Shown here in pieces: positions 37,400-50,085 of a stretch of DNA of 64,000 bases. Both the position numbers and the translations under genes were made by a program. The notes under the pieces are model-generated. The model ran no database searches, was not told where the DNA came from, and saw only the letters and a program-made list of their open reading frames with translations. Each line of letters opens with the position of its first letter. The stretch's first letter is position 1. The stretch is from Octopus sinensis (Eukaryota): contig NC_042999.1 in assembly GCF_006345805.1 (NCBI RefSeq), positions 139,686,001-139,750,000 of the forward strand. The letters run 5' to 3'.

Positions 37400-40300
37400 A
37401 CAGCAAATGCAATGTTGAGCTCCTGAAGAATCTGCATGTAATCAAGCTATATGCATTGCACTTACAGAAACACATCTATCTTCAGGCATAAATGATGTGG
37501 AGATACACATACCAATGTATGCTATCTTCTGTAAGACAGAAGAAAAAGAAGTCACAGTGGAGTTGCAATGTACATCCGCAAAGTTGTCATACTATTAACC
37601 CTATTATTGAACTGAAACTCAGTGTGTGACACACTCATAGTACATCTAAAACAACTTGATATAGTGATATGCACACTATATTGCCCACCTGTTGCCTCAA
37701 ATCATGATGGAAAATTTGAGGAAAGCCTCAGTGCAATAAAAGAAGTACTAACACAATTGGATTAATGCACTACTATATTCCTGATGGGTGATTTCAACTT
37801 CCCCAACATCAGGTGGCCTGAGGGCAATATAACCCCAGGAATGATGCACAAAGAGTGAAATCAACAAGAATCTCAACCTGACCTTATGAGAAAGCTATTC
37901 ATGGAGCAGATCATACTCTCTTCAACCAGGCACAAAAATATCCTGGACCTCTGTTTAACAAACAATGTGGAAATTATCCACAATGTAAATATATCAGTCG
38001 ATATTCTCAGACCATAATATGATAGAACTGACAATGTATGGCCTGGAATTAACTAAAGATAAACTCTGCACAGATGATGCTCACACACTATCCAGCCTAA
38101 ATTTCTATGAGTTTGACTGGAAGTCACTTGAAAAACACACACTCCAGCAAGACTGGCCTAAAAGCCTCTCTATGCAAGACATAGATATGAAACTCAATAA
38201 ATTCATGTCAATAATGTGAGCCATATGCATTAAATATCAGGTCATCCCATAAGCTCTGTCCGAATTTTGAATAAAGAAAACAAGTGATCAAATGTTATAT
38301 TTAATTGAAATTTAATCAACGTAATTTCCTTGATTATCTATGACTTCATTCCATCTATTTACAAGCTTTTAAATCCCATCAATGTAAAACTCTTTTGGTT
38401 TCAAAGCGAAGAACTCTGAAATGTCAGTTTCGACCTCCTCCTGGCTTGCAAAAGTTATGTCCCCCAAATGATTCTGTAAACTACGAAACAAATGGTAGTC
38501 TGAAGGAGCAAGGTCGGGAGAGTAAGGTGGATGAGGAATTTTTCCCAACCAAGCTTTTCAATCTTCTGTGATGTGATCTTTGCAGTGTGGGGTCGCGCAT
38601 TGTCCTGATGAAACATCACTCCTTTTCGATTAACTAAAGCTGGTCTTTTTTTTCTTCAAAGCTTGGTTCAAACACTAATTGCTGATAGTAGACTTGAGCA
38701 TTGATTGTTGCATTAGATGAAAACAATTCAAAGTGAATTACTTCTTTGCAATCCCACCAGATATTGAGAAGAACCTTTTTCCCATGAAGGTCCCTTCTCG
38801 GTTGTGGTTGAGCTTTTTCCCTTTTACCAAGCCACTGTTTACGACATTTAATATTTTGATAGAAGATCCATTTTTCGTCACCAGTCACAAGTCTATCCAA
38901 AAAGGGTGAAAAGTGTTCATGAGAATGGAAAGAAGAGCAGATGGCAACTCGGGGTTTGCAGTTGCTTTCAGACAATTCATGAGGCACCCAGTTTCCAAGT
39001 TTAGGAACCTTTCCAAGTTGCTGAAGATGATGATGAACAGTTGTATTGTTTGAACTAAGCTTTATTGCCAATTCTTCAACTGATAATGCAGGATTTTCTT
39101 CAAGCAATGCCTCAAGGAGCTTATCATCAAACTCAACTAGACGTCCTGTTTGATCTTCAACTTCAAGGCTGAAATCTCCACCACTGAATTTTGCAAACCC
39201 TCTGCTGCAAGTTCTTTCATTCAAGCATTCTTTCCCATAAATTGAGCGTATGTTTCGAGTTGCTTTGGCTGCAGAGTTTCCTTTTTTGTACTCATAAAGC
39301 ATTATGTGCCTCAAGTGCTCTTTGGATACTTCCATGTTAGAAAGGGTTTTAATCAAAGAAATTTTAATTCTATTATTCTGTAAAATAATATTTAATAAGT
39401 TTAAATGTACACAAATGCATAAAAATAATTTTTAATTCCATTAGACATTCTAAAATACTATTAAATTTCATTCAAATTTAAAAAAGGTAAAATCAGACAG
39501 AACTTATGGGATGACCTGATATATTCCAGAGAAGAGAGCCAATACACAAAAAAACATTCCCCAAGACAGGAGAATACTCATGTTGCAGAGAATAAAGATC
39601 TTGAATAGTTTAAACAAACACCTTAATGACAGCTTGAAATCCCACTTGACAGAGGAGCTCTTCGAGAGACAAAATAAATTCAAACTCTCCCATGAAAAAG
39701 AGAAACCTGGGCAGTCGAAAATATAAAAAAGAAATCCTAAAGCCTTCTACACTTTGGTAAAGGAGTCTGCCTCAGTACGCTATGAGATAAAAAATGGCTC
39801 ACTAATTGCAGACCTGGGGAAGATAAGTAAAGCACTAAATAAACAATTCTGAAGTGTTTTCACTTCTCCACAGGAAAATATGCAAACAAACAAGCTGAAG
39901 GAGTTTTCGAATGTAATCAATCTATTCGGAAAAGAGGCAATAATCGATTACATCAACATAACAGAAGAGGATGTAATATCGACCATTGATGAGATGAGAT
40001 CAAACTCAGCAACAGGCCCAGATGGACTCGCAGCTGTTCTCTTAAAGACATGTGAAAAGGCTCTTGCAAAGTCACTGTAGATACTCTTTAGAGTTTCTTT
40101 GCATGTGACCAACTTCCCAACATGATAAAAGAGGGTATATGCCCTGTCCATAAAGGAGGGAACAGAGCAGATGCTAAGAACTACAAGCCCATCTCTCTGA
40201 CCTCACATGTTAGCAAGGCAATGGAATGCATTGTCAGAAAAAGGCTGATAACGCTCCTAGAAGAAAACAACCTTCTCACAAACATGCAACATGGCTTCCG

Positions 40301-40760
40301 TCCAGGGAGGAGCTGCCTCACACAGTTGCTGCAGTACTTTGACCGGGTACTGAAGTAACAACTAAACTAGTCAGCTACAGACATAATATACCTCGACTTT
40401 GCCAAGGCCTTCGACAAGGTTGATCATGGCATGACATGTCACAAACTGCGAAACCTTGGTATTACTGGGAAACTAAGAGTGGCTGCATGATTTTCTGAAG
40501 GGCAGGAGTCAGATAGTTGTAGCCAATAGTGCTCAGTCTGAAGAGACACCAATTCTCAGCGGAATTCCATAGGGAACTATACCAGGGCCACGATTATTCG
40601 TGATAGCCCTCTCAGACATGCTTTCCGCTGTCTGACCAGTTATGCTGACGACACAAAAGTATCACAGGCAGTTAGGAATCCGGAAGACATCATAAAACTG
40701 CAGAAAGACCTGAACAAAATCTACAAACAGGTTAACAAAAATAACATGCGGTTCAATTTT
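37400..40760 (+). mobile_element. CR1-type LINE ORF2 (APE endonuclease plus RT), decayed, interrupted by a mariner
   Basis: MGDFNFPNIRW, NILDLCLTNN, SDHNMI, SATGPDG, NYKPISLTSHVSKAME, QHGFRPGRSCLTQLL, YLDFAKAFDKVDH and YADDTK. Confidence 0.85.
38237..39519 (-). mobile_element. Mariner element (about 1.28 kb) nested in the CR1 LINE; transposase frameshifted
   Basis: TIRs tcaggtcatcccataag / cttatgggatgacctga with TA TSD (38235-38236 and 39520-39521). ORF 38634-39356 has WVPHEL and VTGDEKW. The downstream frame carries HQDNARPH and YSPDLAPSDYHLF. Confidence 0.92.
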
Positions 40761-41169
40761 AGGCATTCAAAGTATGAGTTTATTGTATTGGGACACACTT
40801 ATTAAATACGTTCTGGAATAAAAAATTTATGTATTGTTATCGAAAAACTGTAACTGGTAAAATGCAGAATTATCAGAGTTATGGACAATGAAAGTGTACA
40901 TGCATCAACAAAGTGCAACAATAAGGTTTAGCAGTTCAAAACTGTGAGTAGTGAAATGCAGAATTAGGTTCGCTGAATCTGGAATCAAAAATTATGTTCT
41001 GTCATCAGATATGTTTAACTGGAAAAATGCAGAATTATTGGAGTTATGGGCACTGAAAGTGTACATGCTACAGCAGAAGACACATGCCAAGTTACCACAC
41101 AGTGGGACTGAACTGAGGACCATGTGTCTTGGAACCAAGTTTGTTACCACACAGCCACACCTGCACCTA

Positions 41170-41350
41170 TGTATGTGTGTATATATGTGTGCATGTGTAT
41201 ATATGTGTACATATTACATGTACATCTATATATATATAAATCTATGCATACATGTATACATATACATACATGTATACATATATATATATACATCCATATA
41301 TATATATGTATGTATATATATATCTCCATATATACATCTATATGTATACA

Positions 41351-41405
<55 letters not shown>
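41170..41405. repeat. Compound (TA)n/(TACA) microsatellite
   Basis: Directly visible. Similar tracts at 681-720, 3634-3668, 29980-30038 and 42350-42440. Confidence 0.9.
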
Positions 41406-41407
<2 letters not shown>

Positions 41408-42438
41408 TCATCATCGTTTAACGTCCGTTTTCCATGCTAGCATGGGTTGGACGGTTCAACTGGGGTCTGGGAAGCCAGAAGACTGCGCCAGGCCCAGTCT
41501 GATCTGGCAATGTTTCTACAGCTGGATGCCCTTCCTAACGCCAACCACTCCGTGAGTGTAGTGGGTGCTTTTTACGTGCCACCTGCACAGGTGCCAGTTG
41601 AGGCTGGCAAACGGCCACGATTGGATGGCGCTTTTTACGTGCCACCGGCACAGGGGCCAGACGTGGCTGGCAACGGCCACAATCAGATGGTACTTTTTAC
41701 ATGCCACCGGCACTGGCAACATCCACGTTCGGACAGTTCTCTTATGTGCCACCGGCACTGGTATCACAGCTACAATTTCCATTGATGTTGATCAATTTCG
41801 ATTTTCACTTGCCTCAACAGGTCTTCAAAAGTTGAGTTTGTGTCACAAGAAGGAAAGGTATGCATAAGTGGACTGGCTACATCCCAGGTAGAGGCCACGG
41901 GTTATGGTAGAAGCCACTACCATAGATACATGGAAATTTAAATTAAAATTAATAAGGGTGAAAAATTGAATATTAATTTGATTAATATGAATTGAAACCC
42001 AGTGGTGTAGCACATAAGACCATAGCAGATCTTCTAGCAAAATGAATGTCCACTGTTAATGGTTCATCCCTCATATAAAATAGTTTCACTTTATTAGTTT
42101 CAGTGTTAAAGTGAAAGCATCTGGCATTACAATATAGAGATGTTTTTGTTTCACTTTTAACGTGTAATACTGAAATAGTGGAGAAGATATGATATTGCTG
42201 TGGGCTCGCCCTAGGCAAGAAGTTAAAAATTTTTTTTGCCAATGACACTATATGGACCCTAAGTAAGGCATGTGTAAAATTTGAAAGAAATTGGTTGTGT
42301 AGTTCTAAAGTTTAGGGATTCACACAGATAGACACACATTCTCAGTTTTATATATATAGATATATGTGTAATATATATATATATAATCTATATATGTAAT
42401 ATATATATATATATATATATACATATATACTTATATAT

Positions 42439-42828
42439 ACTCTTTTACTTGTTTCAGTCATTTGACTGCGGCCATGCTGGAGCACCGCCTTTAGTCGAGC
42501 AAATCGACCCCGGGACTTATTCTTTGTAAGCCCAGTACTTATTCTATCGGTCTCTTTTTTGCCGAACCGTTAAGTAATGGGGACGTAAACACACCAGCAT
42601 CGGTTGTCAAGCAATGCTAGGGGGACAAACACACACATGTATATATATATATATATACATATATACGACAGGCTTCCCTCAGTTTCCGTCTACCAAATCC
42701 ACTCACAAGGCATTGGTCGGCCCGGGGCTATAGCAGAAGACACTTGCCCAAGATGCCACGCAGTGGGACTGAACCCGGAACCATGTGGTTGGTTAGCAAG
42801 CTACTTACCACACAGCCACTCCTGCGCC
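42439..42828 (-). mobile_element. tRNA-derived SINE, family 1 (full length)
   Basis: Reverse complement of 4787-5185. Confidence 0.85.
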
Positions 42829-43074
42829 TATATATGTATATATAATATATATTATACATATTATATATATATATATATATATATAAATAATTTTTTCTAT
42901 GTTGTTTCAGCTCAAAGCTGTGGTCATGCTGGAGCATATATATATACATACCTGTACGTGCGTATATATACATTTAACCACACACATATATATATCTGAC
43001 AGACGCATCACTAACACCAGAAATTAGCAGGGACACTAAAGTGTAAGGTATATATATATATACACACATACAGA

Positions 43075-43275
43075 TATCTAAGTTAAGGTATATATATATA
43101 CATAAGTTAAGGTATATATATATATATATATATATAAGTTAAGGTGTATATATATATATAATATATATATATATATAAGTTAAGGTGTATATATATATAT
43201 ATAGTTAAGGTGTATATATATATATAAGTTAAGGTGTATATATATAAGTTAAGGTGTATATATATATATATATAC
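43075..43275. repeat. Minisatellite taagttaagg(tg)(ta)n
   Basis: About 7 copies with variable TA length. Confidence 0.85.
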
Positions 43276-43510
43276 TACAGACATACATAGAGGAGTGTGT
43301 GGTGAGGTCTCAATCCGTATAAGTATAAACACCGAATAATAAAAGTGTATATAATGTGAAGCAAGTTCTAAGAATTTTAAGCAAATATACAGCATTTTCA
43401 TTCAGCGTTTCAAACTGAAAGCTAAAGAAAATCGCTAACTTTCGTATTAGATTTGAGAGTGTGATAAAATACACAAATGATAATATAAAAACAAAAGTAG
43501 GTCTGTTTAC

Positions 43511-43885
43511 TTTGTTCGTTTGAAATATTTCCATTTGTCGCCATATCCTGTTTGGATTTTCGTTTTGGGGTAGGGAACTTGCTGTTTCTTGGGGGAAAGC
43601 TGGTGTACAATTCTCAGTTATTGTTCTCGCAACTTCTGTGTTGTTAGCTCCTGCTGTAATTTGTTGTATTGTTTTGAGAACAACGTTTCTACAGGCATCT
43701 TGTGGATGAGAATGTGGTGGTGGATCATACTGCAGAACATCATCAATTGTTTTGAGTCTTGCAGCGCATGTTTTTCTTTCTTCACATTTCCAGTATGTAA
43801 TATTATTTTTCTTCTTATCAACAGTATAAGCGTACCCATTATATAGTAATTTCCTGCCGCCACGTTTAGTAAGAGTGAATTCCAT
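43511..43885 (-). CDS. Variable first exon B-V1: FLYWCH zinc finger (125 codons)
   Basis: ATG at 43885. FTLTKRGGRKLLYNGYAY...YWKCEERKTCAARL...HSHP fits the FLYWCH consensus. No MULE catalytic domain follows. Phase-0 donor AAA|GTAAAC at 43511 (weaker consensus). Confidence 0.8.
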
Positions 43886-44595
43886 AGTCACAAAAAATGA
43901 TTGATGAATACGCTATATAAAATAATTCGGATGAACGTATGGTGTTGACCAACGTTGCATGTGTAAATTATACTGAATTAAATTCACGAGACAGTTGCAA
44001 ACAACTGTCTTTTTAATTACTGTGAATATCATGCAATGTCCAAGAGTCTTCGAAACTAAAGGCTATAAAATATAAGTACAATGAAAACGTGAAACCGAAA
44101 CGAAGAAATGAACTGTGTACGAAGTTTCTCAATATATGTAGAACACACCCACATACATATTAGTGTGTGCACAACAAAGTAAAAGGGTGGCTTATTAGCA
44201 ATTAGAACCTAAAGGCAAAATTAATAGAGGTCGCAAAAATGACGGAATATAGTGATTAGCACCGCTTATGCTAAAATAAGAGTTAAATTAACTCCAAACC
44301 CACTAAAGCACTATACTTAATGGCTGATGAAGAGAGGTAAGCCCCTAGAATATTTAGCCATATCGCGATTTCGAATTTTGGTGTAGACTACCTTAATTCT
44401 CATCAGCAGCCTAAGGTTAAATTCAACTTCCACTGGCAATCTTATTAGAAAAACAGTTGAAGATGGATAAACATAACTCCTAAACTAATCCCCTGGCCCT
44501 TTTTCATTTCACCACCTTTTTCACAACAGCCGTTGAAAGTTTATACTAATTCACCTCCAACAATAGAGAGCAGTCAGCATATTCCCTTCCTTATT

Positions 44596-44687
44596 GGCTA
44601 ACTCTGATGAGCATAAAGTTATATAATCAGTTTGTTACTTAACACCCCATTGCATTCTTTACGCGAAACCGATTGGTAAGATCAGCC
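44596..44687 (+). ncRNA. Candidate type I hammerhead ribozyme
   Basis: ggctaact-CTGATGA-gcataaag...ctttacgc-GAAA-cc gatt gg-TA-agatcagcc. Catalytic core intact, stems I and II imperfect, stem III minimal. Confidence 0.55.
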
Positions 44688-47399
44688 GTGACGGATATTT
44701 AATACATTCCGAATAATATACCCACTTTACTGACGGATATATGAATGCATCTTTTCCCTAACCTATGGTCTCTTAGAGGACTTACACGTGTGTATGTGTG
44801 TAAATATATATATAAATACAACAGGGTTTTTTCCAATTTCCATCTACCAAATATGCTCTCGTGGATTTGGTTGACCTGAGACTATCATAGATGACATTTG
44901 CCTGTGGAACAAGCTGCAAGACTGAACCTGAAACCATGTGGTTTGAAAGTGATATATACATCATCATCATTTAACATCCACCTTCCATGCTGACACATAC
45001 ATATGGCATCTATTGCTTTCTTTTACCAATTCTTTTCCATGCTTCCTCAACATTTTGCCAGTGTTTGTGATTTTCAACTCTCAAAAACTCATCTTTTTTC
45101 ACCAGTCTTGTATTAGAAAAAATTTTTCTCCAATTTTCCTCTTATTTTTTACTCACCTTTCTCTCCCTAAACTTGCACTCTCCACAGATGCTTTCTCTTT
45201 TTGTCTCACACTCATGACCATCGCTTAACTTCCATGCTTTCCTCACAATGTAATTACACATGCTAACACTTCAACATACCTACATATGAACACACTCAAA
45301 AAAAGACTTACACTATTCCTACCCCACTTATTCATTTGATGCACTCCTATACGCGTACATACATATCCAGCCCTCCTCCCTTCATAACTCTGCCATAGAA
45401 CAGCATTCCCACCTGATTCCTAAACCAACATTAATTTTGTTTTAACTTCTTCAATGCATTTCTCTTTTATTTATTTATTTACAAAAGACTGATGTTTGAA
45501 ACATTAATACACTTTCCCTTACTTTTAAGCATAAGCTAATACAGTATTTATTAAAACTTGTCCTTCTTAAGTTGTAATTTTCTTTCTTTTATTTTTCATT
45601 GCATTTACAAAATACAAACATATATATATTTATTGTTTAAAGAGCCAATAGAGGTAGAATCAACAAAAAGTACTCCATGCCAGCCTCGTCCGGCCCCCGT
45701 GCCGGTGGCACGTAAAAAGCACCATCCGATCGTAGCTGTTTGCCAGCCTCGTCTAGCACCTGTGCACGTGGCATGTAAAAAGCACCTACTACACTCACAG
45801 AGTGGTTGGCGTTAGGAAGGGCATCCAGCTGTAGAAACACTGCCTTATCAGACTGGGCCTGGCGCAGCCTTCTGGCTTCCCAGACCCAGTTGAACCATCC
45901 AACCCATGCTAGCATGGAAAATGGACGTTAAACGATGATGATGATGATGATGACATAACAGAAAGAGATGCTAACAGTTTCAAGCTCTTATGGTACTTGA
46001 ACAGGCATATTTATAAAATAAGCCACATATCTTGAAGCAATTTTTACATTTTTTAGCTGTAACTGGTTTCAGTTATTTCAGTGGCCATGGAGCACTGCTT
46101 TGAAGGGATTTTTAGTCAAACAAATCAACCCCAAGACTTATTTTTTAAAGCCTAGTACTTTTTCTGTTGAACACTTTTGCTGAACTGCTAAGTTACAGGG
46201 GCATAAACATACCAACATCTGTTGTCAAGCAGTGGTGGGGGACAAACACAGACATACATATATGACAGGCTTCTATCAGTTTCTGTCTACCAGATCCACT
46301 CACAAGGCTTTGGTCGACCTGAGGCTATGGTAGAAGGCACTTGCCTAAAGTGCCATGCAATGAGACTGAACCCAGAGTTTTTTAGGTCTACTAACTATTC
46401 ATAAATTTATGAGTATATATAACTTATCAATTTTTAGACAACTACACACACACATATATTGCATATACTTACAGAAATACGCAGCCACTTTGTGTGAATT
46501 TACTGTACAATTGTTTATTGCCTCCATCTGAGTCATGGCAAAATTATAAAATAAAAATGGACACTGCAATCTAGGTATGATGCCATTTGGAAAGCACTGT
46601 ACTTTACTGGCTTTTATCAGCTGCTCTCAGCTTGTTGTTCATTTGGGTCTTGATATCTTTGGCATTGCTGTTGTCCTTCAAGGTACAGGTGTAATTCTTC
46701 GCAAGGCATTGAATTTAATTCTCTTGGATTGTTGGCATCTCTGATGCCTGAATGCTGAAGATGAAATTTGAACATAGTCAAGTTCTAAAATTCTGAAAGA
46801 TTGACCATGTGACCATCTTTTCTAGTGAGCCGAAGGTTTTGCCATATCCCTTGGAAATGAGACTGAAAGTCTGGAAATGTTGAATCTGGATTTAGGAACT
46901 TTATTGTTCCAAAATTATCAAAGAAACTGATAGAAGAATCATGCAAAAATCTGTAGATCTGTAACAAAAAAGCAACAATTGGAACGTGTGTTCTGTGTTG
47001 TGTATACATATATTTTCATGATGGTTTTTGTTAAGCAGCATCGATTTTTACAATTCTGTAAATAATAATTCTTTCTACTATAGGCACAAAGCCTAAAATT
47101 TGTGGGAAAGGGTAGGGTCCCCAGTGTGTAACTGGTATTTATTTCATCAACCCCAAAAGGACGAAAGGCAAAGCAACCTCAGCAGAATTTCAACACAGAA
47201 CGCGAAGATAGATAAAATGCTGCTAAGCATTTTGCCTGGTGTGCTAACAATTCTGCCAACTTGCTGCCTCAAATAATAATTATTCAGTAAATAATAATAA
47301 TGGTATATTATAAACTTAAAGCTTATAAGTGATCACCATGCAATGACTAAAGAAAATAGTCCAATAATGGAGCATACAAACCTTTGATGTAAGTAGGTT

Positions 47400-47475
47400 T
47401 TCCCATACATGTGGGACTTGAACCCACATCTTTTTGATTTCGTGACAAGTGTGCTAACCATTTACAACAATGTAC
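47400..47475 (-). pseudogene. Degenerate tRNA-like sequence (tRNA pseudogene or SINE head)
   Basis: Minus strand reads ...aaatggttagcac...gtgggttcaagtcccac, giving D-loop and T-arm motifs. Acceptor and anticodon stems are poor. Confidence 0.45.
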
Positions 47476-48907
47476 AACCACACTTCTTTATCAGATTTAA
47501 GAACTAGAATTAGTTCGTAGTGTTGTTTTTTCAAACAAACTTTCATGTGTTTTTTCTGCAATGGTTTTTGTGAAGCAGCATCAATTTTATAAGTTTAAAG
47601 CTTATAAGTAGTCACCATGCAATGACTAATAAAAAAAAGTCTAATAATGAGGTATATAAGCCCTCAACATTGAATTTTTGTTGTTAGAATCAAAACAGGA
47701 GTTGTTTAATTCTTACATGTATTCACCTGATGAAAACAATATTTTTGCATGATGTAACACTTCTATTCATCAATAAAAAATACGTCTGCTGTAGTGACCC
47801 ACAATCCATTATTTGTATATGTGTGGTTTCAATCCCAGGACTGGGTGATGCATTGTGCTCTTGGGATAAACATTTCATTTCAGATTGCTCTAGTCCAATC
47901 AGCTGGTAAAAATGAGTAATCTAGTGATGGACTGGCATCCCATCCAGTGACAAATATATATGCCAGGGAAACCAGCCCTATACTCCTTACTGAGTAATGA
48001 AAACTAACCAACCAACCATATACATAAACATACACACACACATTTCATATTTAATAAATACAGGATTTAAATGTGTGAGCTACTATAAGTTTCATGCTCT
48101 GATAGTACAGTTATTGGACAAAGTTATATAACATGCTGTGTACTAACCTGCAATCATTCAGGAAGACAATAAATGTACATTTTGAACTTGAATGATTACA
48201 ATGGCTTATGATATTTATCTCTCATTTTTTTTTTTGTTAATCCTAACAGAACAGAACAGTACGCACATCATCATTGTTTAACATTCATGAAGCCATTCTG
48301 TCATGGGTTGGGCAGTGTGAAGAATCTGAGAGGTCCAAGGAATGCATTGTGCAATGCAATCTCTGCTTTCTATTATGGTATTTGCCGTTTATAATGGCTA
48401 AAGAGCTAGAAACATTGATGTCTGGGAATCCAACAAAAGGCAGCACTGGACAGATATTTTTTCTCCATGGTAACTAAAGTGAATTTGCTGTTAGCAGTTG
48501 AAATATGTCACAAACATATTTTAACCTAAAGTTTGCTAGAATGCTCACAAAGAGATTAATTTATAACAACTAGCTCAGTCCTCATATGAAGGCCCTTGCC
48601 TACTATGTGGCTCACAGTTATTACATTATCCATGTCCAACCAACACATTTATGCACTAGAGACCATTAATATCCTATGTCACCAGATCGTTTTAGTCACC
48701 CAGTAAGAAAGGATCATGCAATTGGAAATAGTCAAACCAGCACCACTAACATTGAATCCATTCTATATAGGCATTAACTGAACTGACATAACTCAGATAT
48801 GTATAGCACATATCTAATTTGTATCCTCCTGTAGGGACATCTATATCATGGTAATGCTAAGAACCAAAGAAGTAGCTAAAAACAAACAAAAAAAAACTAG
48901 TATTTAA

Positions 48908-49281
48908 CCCTTAGCATTAAGATATCAACTAATGTAATGCTTTTTGTTCATATTTGAATTAATCATGCATTATCTTGTAGCTTTGAGATGTTGATGATGT
49001 AATTGTTTATTTTTAGAATGACATTGTAGGTTAGGTGTGAGAGGCCAGATATGGCCAGTTTGAGTATAAAATAGGTAGAACATTTGGGCTGAATATGACC
49101 AGTTTAAATGCTAAAGGGTTAAACTAGCCAGGATCTAGCACTGTACACCTACCCTACAATGCCATTCTAAAATTAAATAATCACATAATCAAAATCTTGT
49201 AGTTTTGAGACAATGCATGATTAATTCAAAACTGAATGAACAAATATTAGATTTGATAGAGTTAACTGAATGCTAAAGGGT
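48908..49281. mobile_element. piggyBac-type MITE plus adjacent inverted partial copy
   Basis: TTAA-cccttagcatt (48904) ... aatgctaaaggg-TTAA (49122). About 49140-49281 is the reverse complement of about 48908-49060. Confidence 0.7.
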
Positions 49282-49763
49282 TGTTAGAGGAATTTCAAAG
49301 TGGAAGAAACTGATGCTCTCCACTTACTTTGGTGATTTCAAGCTATGGAAGATAAACGTATTAAACACTATCAGGTAATACAATAAAAGTAGCATACATG
49401 TAGACTTACACTTGTCTCCTCTCCAATGAAAAGAGTCACAGACGAAGGAGACGACAGCTGTCATTGGATTCAATGGACAACCATAAGAAACTGGATAAAA
49501 TGCACTCAGTTCATGCTGAAATAGAAAGCGCATCCAGTCATGGAAAAGATATTAAAAAATGTAACATTTTGTTACATGGCAATCTCACTAGTGCTGGTGT
49601 ATTGAAAAGAGCACTCAGTTATATGGTTAAAAAAGGGTGTCCAGCTGGAGAAATTATGCCAAAGCTGACGTTGAAACTGACAGAGCCTGCAGTTCACCTG
49701 ATCCTGTCAAACCATCCAATCCATGCCAGCATGGAAAATGATGATGATTATATATATATATAT

Positions 49764-50085
49764 ACTAGTACTATGACCCGGCAACGCTGGGTCATAGTGC
49801 TAGTGCATGCATATACAGCTGCGTGCATGCGAGTACTGTCCAAATCTCCGACCAATCACATACAGCTAGCTGGCATTCAATTGGTGTGTCAAGTTTCGGG
49901 CATTTTGATTGGGTTTTGGATAGAAAATTCACAAAAAAGTCACTTCTATTGATTTTTTAATGGCTTTGTGGGGTGACTGGGGAAATGTAAAGATGTGCAC
50001 GACCACCCTTGGACAGTTTTGAATGACCATGGAAAGTGCGAGCTCTCTAACTGAAAAATTGTGGATTTGTATAAAGGTCACACAC
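49764..50085 (-). mobile_element. Helitron-like non-autonomous element
   Basis: Terminal CTAG with a palindrome (actagtactatgacccggcaacgctgggtcatagtgctagt, 49764-49804) similar to the 3' end of the element at 107-680. Far boundary uncertain. Confidence 0.5.

Noticed and set aside
38634-39356. Mariner HTH ORF as a ninth variable exon (same strand, inside the predicted gene B intron)
   Set aside because: It sits within intact TIRs and a TSD and continues into a frameshifted catalytic domain, so it is an ordinary dead transposon. I found no evidence of a domain-terminal donor, though it illustrates the kind of raw material such a locus could capture.
40951-41867. Long overlapping ORFs (156, 143 and 112 aa)
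   Set aside because: They are translations of a (TA)n microsatellite and a SINE-like repeat. The same applies to 42604-42999, 4817-5020 and 28463-28891.
43075-43275. Repeat-spacer pattern resembling a CRISPR array
   Set aside because: The spacers are just (TA)n, the context is eukaryotic and there are no cas genes.
47400-47475. Functional tRNA gene
   Set aside because: The acceptor and anticodon stems do not pair well; only box A/B-like motifs remain.
49464-49952. 162-aa plus-strand ORF
   Set aside because: It spans a SINE tail, a TA tract and a Helitron-like end, so it is a chance read-through.
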